A stretch of 64,000 nucleotides of DNA from Monocercomonoides exilis PA203 (taxonomy: Eukaryota > Protista > Preaxostyla), in contig LSRY02000065.1 of assembly GCA_001643675.2 (NCBI GenBank), positions 1-64,000 on the forward strand. The letters run 5' to 3'. The notes beneath the pieces were generated by a model. The model searched no databases. It was not told the DNA's origin and saw only the letters and a list, made by a program, of their open reading frames with translations. A program made the translations under genes and the position numbers. Shown in pieces: positions 61,300 through 64,000 of the stretch. How positions within the stretch are numbered: position 1 is the stretch's first letter; each line of letters begins with the position of its first letter.

Positions 61300-64000
61300 A
61301 TTTGATAGTTTCTTATTTGAACAAACGAGATTTTGATAAGAATATCATGGAGAATGAATGTTCACAACATAATAAACAAATATAATCCATGAAATAATGA
61401 AAATGCTTCGCTAACTGAGTGATTTGATTGTTTTTTCATTAACCCACAACAATTTCATTTTATTGATTACCAAAAAATACAGTGTTATTCCGAGAAAGAC
61501 AGACCTGTTACGGGTTTTTCATGGTTTATCAGCAAAAAAATTATATTTATCGAAAGAATGAGTAATTACAGGAACAACATAGATGTTTCAATAATAGCTT
61601 TTGTTATTCGTAACAACTTGTTTGTATTTAGCAAATATCACTTTTTTCGAAACAATTCATAGTTAAGGTAAAATATCTATTATTGTTGAAATTTAAGCAT
61701 ATAGGAAGATATGAATTATGGAAGAAATTGTTCACTTGGAACTTTTGTAGAACAAAGAAGTTTAACAAAGAGTTACAAATGAAGTGTGTTTCATTTGATA
61801 CAAATAACTTTTTTGTGTTTTCAAGATTTCAGATGAAAAGATTTATTTAGCTGTCGAAAATTCTTCCTCTGTATTCATTCCATTTAAAGGTGAATCAGCT
61901 ATGGTGGTGGATTTAAGCATTTCCCATCAAAAATCGACAACTCCACTTCATTTGCAAAGAAAGTCTATCTGCATCACAAACGTGAGTGTAATACCCAAAA
62001 AGAATGTGCATTCATCCATTATCATATTTTCATCGTATGATTCGAATTCAAACGTTTTGAAAGAATCTATATTTTAAGATTTTGAGATTTCTTCATTCGA
62101 AGATTTTCTTCGACTATAAAAAGCAGCGAACAAAACAATAATTGTTCCTCTGTCAATGATAGAGATGCAATTGAACTCAGTCGAGCGAAAACAGATAAAC
62201 ATAAATTGTGTCTTATTGATTCCTATTTAGATAACTGCCGATGTTATCACTTTGATAATGGTGTCGGAGGCGCAATTATACATGGAATTGCACAAATCAT
62301 ATAAAACTTTCAAATAGTCTATTTTTCAATAAGAATTCAATGCACATAGGAGGTACAATTTGTTTTCAAATTAATAGTTTCAATTACAAAACATTGTTTA
62401 ATTACTGTTTTTTCTTCAATAGTACACACATTGCATGGTCACGATATTGCTATCCATAATTCGACATCAAACAACATTGATTCCACCTTCAATTCCGCCA
62501 GCAAACACCAAACACAGTCAGCTCAAATTACAACTCATCTGTTGATAAAAGCGAATAACTTTTTGATGAAGGTGGAAGAATTGGATTTGTTCATTCAACT
62601 GATTCACACCCAAATGTCATTGATACATGCACATGTGGACTTGATAAAAACTATCCATGACGCACGATAGCTATTGTTTGACTCAACTGACTTCAGGCTT
62701 TGAAATTGATATCGAAATACTCACAGGAAAGATGACAGAGTCCAAGAATGTGGACTGCAGTTCCAACACTTACACAATTTATGGCCAAAGTGATTTGAGC
62801 ACAGAAATCCTAACATAATTTGAAGTATCTGGGCTGTCTCAATTTTCAGTTTCAACAAATGTATTGACTGTCAGGAACCTTGCTCTTGTGCACAGCTTGG
62901 AAAATGCAGATAATTGCTTCTCAAAGCAATTTGAGATAAGCAGTGCAGGAGATATACATATAGGGCTACACTTTTACTCTGACCTATATTTTTACTCCCA
63001 CCTTTTTTTTGTGGAGCTGGCTACGGCGTAATACAAGCTTGATGCCAACAAAGAATAACTAGAAATGCTTATTAAAATTATTTAACTTAAACAGAAAAAA
63101 TTTTTTTCGAATTATTTTTTTACTAAGAGATCTCGGTATTTTTTAATTTTATTTTTCGATCATTGAATTGATGGTCTTTCCATGAATATAACATTCTGGA
63201 AGTTTTAAGCTACACCATCATTACACATCTTATCCTTTTTATTTCTTTGATAACTTTTCACATTTCACAAGTTTCTTTTTTACCTGTTTTCTCATTTCAT
63301 CGACTTTTCGAAAAAATGCAATTTTTGATTGGTTAAAAGACAATTTTTTAATTTTATAAGCTGTCTCTTATTTTAAACTCAATAAATTATTGCAAGCTCA
63401 CAAAATATTTTGCAGAAAATATTTTACTGGCCGAAAAAATCAAAACTTCCGAAATTGATGTTTTTCATTTTTCTATATAAAATCAAATTTGTAAAACTTT
63501 TTAGAATATCAACATAATTAACATTCTATCATATATTAAGAATAATCTTTATAATTTTTTCAAAAATTCATCATTCCTTATGAAATTGCATTTTTTCGAA
63601 AAGTCGATGAAATGAGAAAACAGGTAAAAAAGAAACTTGTGAAATGTGAAAAGTTATCAAAGAAATAAAAAGGATAAGATGTGTAATGATGGTGTAGCTT
63701 AAAACTTCCAGAATGTTATATTCATGGAAAGACCATCAATTCAATGATCGAAAAATAAAATTAAAAAATACCGAGATCTCTTAGTAAAAAAATAATTCGA
63801 AAAAAATTTTTTCTGTTTAAGTTAAATAATTTTAATAAGCATTTCTAGTTATTCTTTGTTGGCATCAAGCTTGTATTACGCCGTAGCCAGCTCCACAAAA
63901 AAAAGGTGGTGGTAAAAAAAAGGGTCAGAGGACCTAGTGTAACCCTTAGCAGAATGAACGTATCTGCTAGAAGCGGACACTCAACGGAAACGGAATTTTC
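61300..64000 (+). pseudogene. Degenerate N-terminal copy of the 36271-44028 family, interrupted by a MITE
   Basis: 62400-62960 aligns with ~37665-38230 (YCFF..HDIA, DTYACGLDK.YPC, FEASGLS.FSVST, FEIS.AG) and 63946-64000 continues the alignment. Many stops and frameshifts. 5' limit approximate. Confidence 0.8.
62963..63945. mobile_element. Non-autonomous DNA transposon (MITE/foldback) with ~360-bp TIRs, possibly PIF/Harbinger-type
   Basis: 62963-63324 is the reverse complement of 63583-63945, with a ~260-bp AT-rich core and no ORF. Termini GGGCTACACT...AGTGTAACCC are flanked by ATA and TTA. It interrupts a pseudogene whose flanks rejoin. Confidence 0.9.

Overview
AT-rich, intron-containing eukaryotic DNA using the standard code and short GT-AG introns. 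The gene families and composition resemble an oxymonad (Monocercomonoides-like); this is an inference. The left ~12.6 kb is an accessory block: a ~355-bp hairpin-rich tandem array (~15 copies, running off the window start), ~2.8 kb of unexplained or degenerate sequence, an intact intronless 921-aa tyrosine recombinase with a C-terminal Myb-like domain, and a solo terminal inverted repeat (TIR) related to a complete MITE-like element at 62963-63945. This block is the best candidate for an undescribed system: a YR-associated mobile element with a structured repeat array. The middle holds a Kelch/Cys-rich membrane protein, an ABCC transporter, and intact plus pseudogenised copies of two lineage-expanded families, one a 2585-aa beta-helix-like surface protein with a degenerate kinase-like tail. 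From ~45 to 60 kb there is a compact housekeeping cluster: coiled-coil protein, GAA1-like, cyclin A/B, prenyltransferase alpha, Pho80-like cyclin, LMBR1-family, SF-assemblin-like and a divergent Rab. All calls were made by eye, without database searches.
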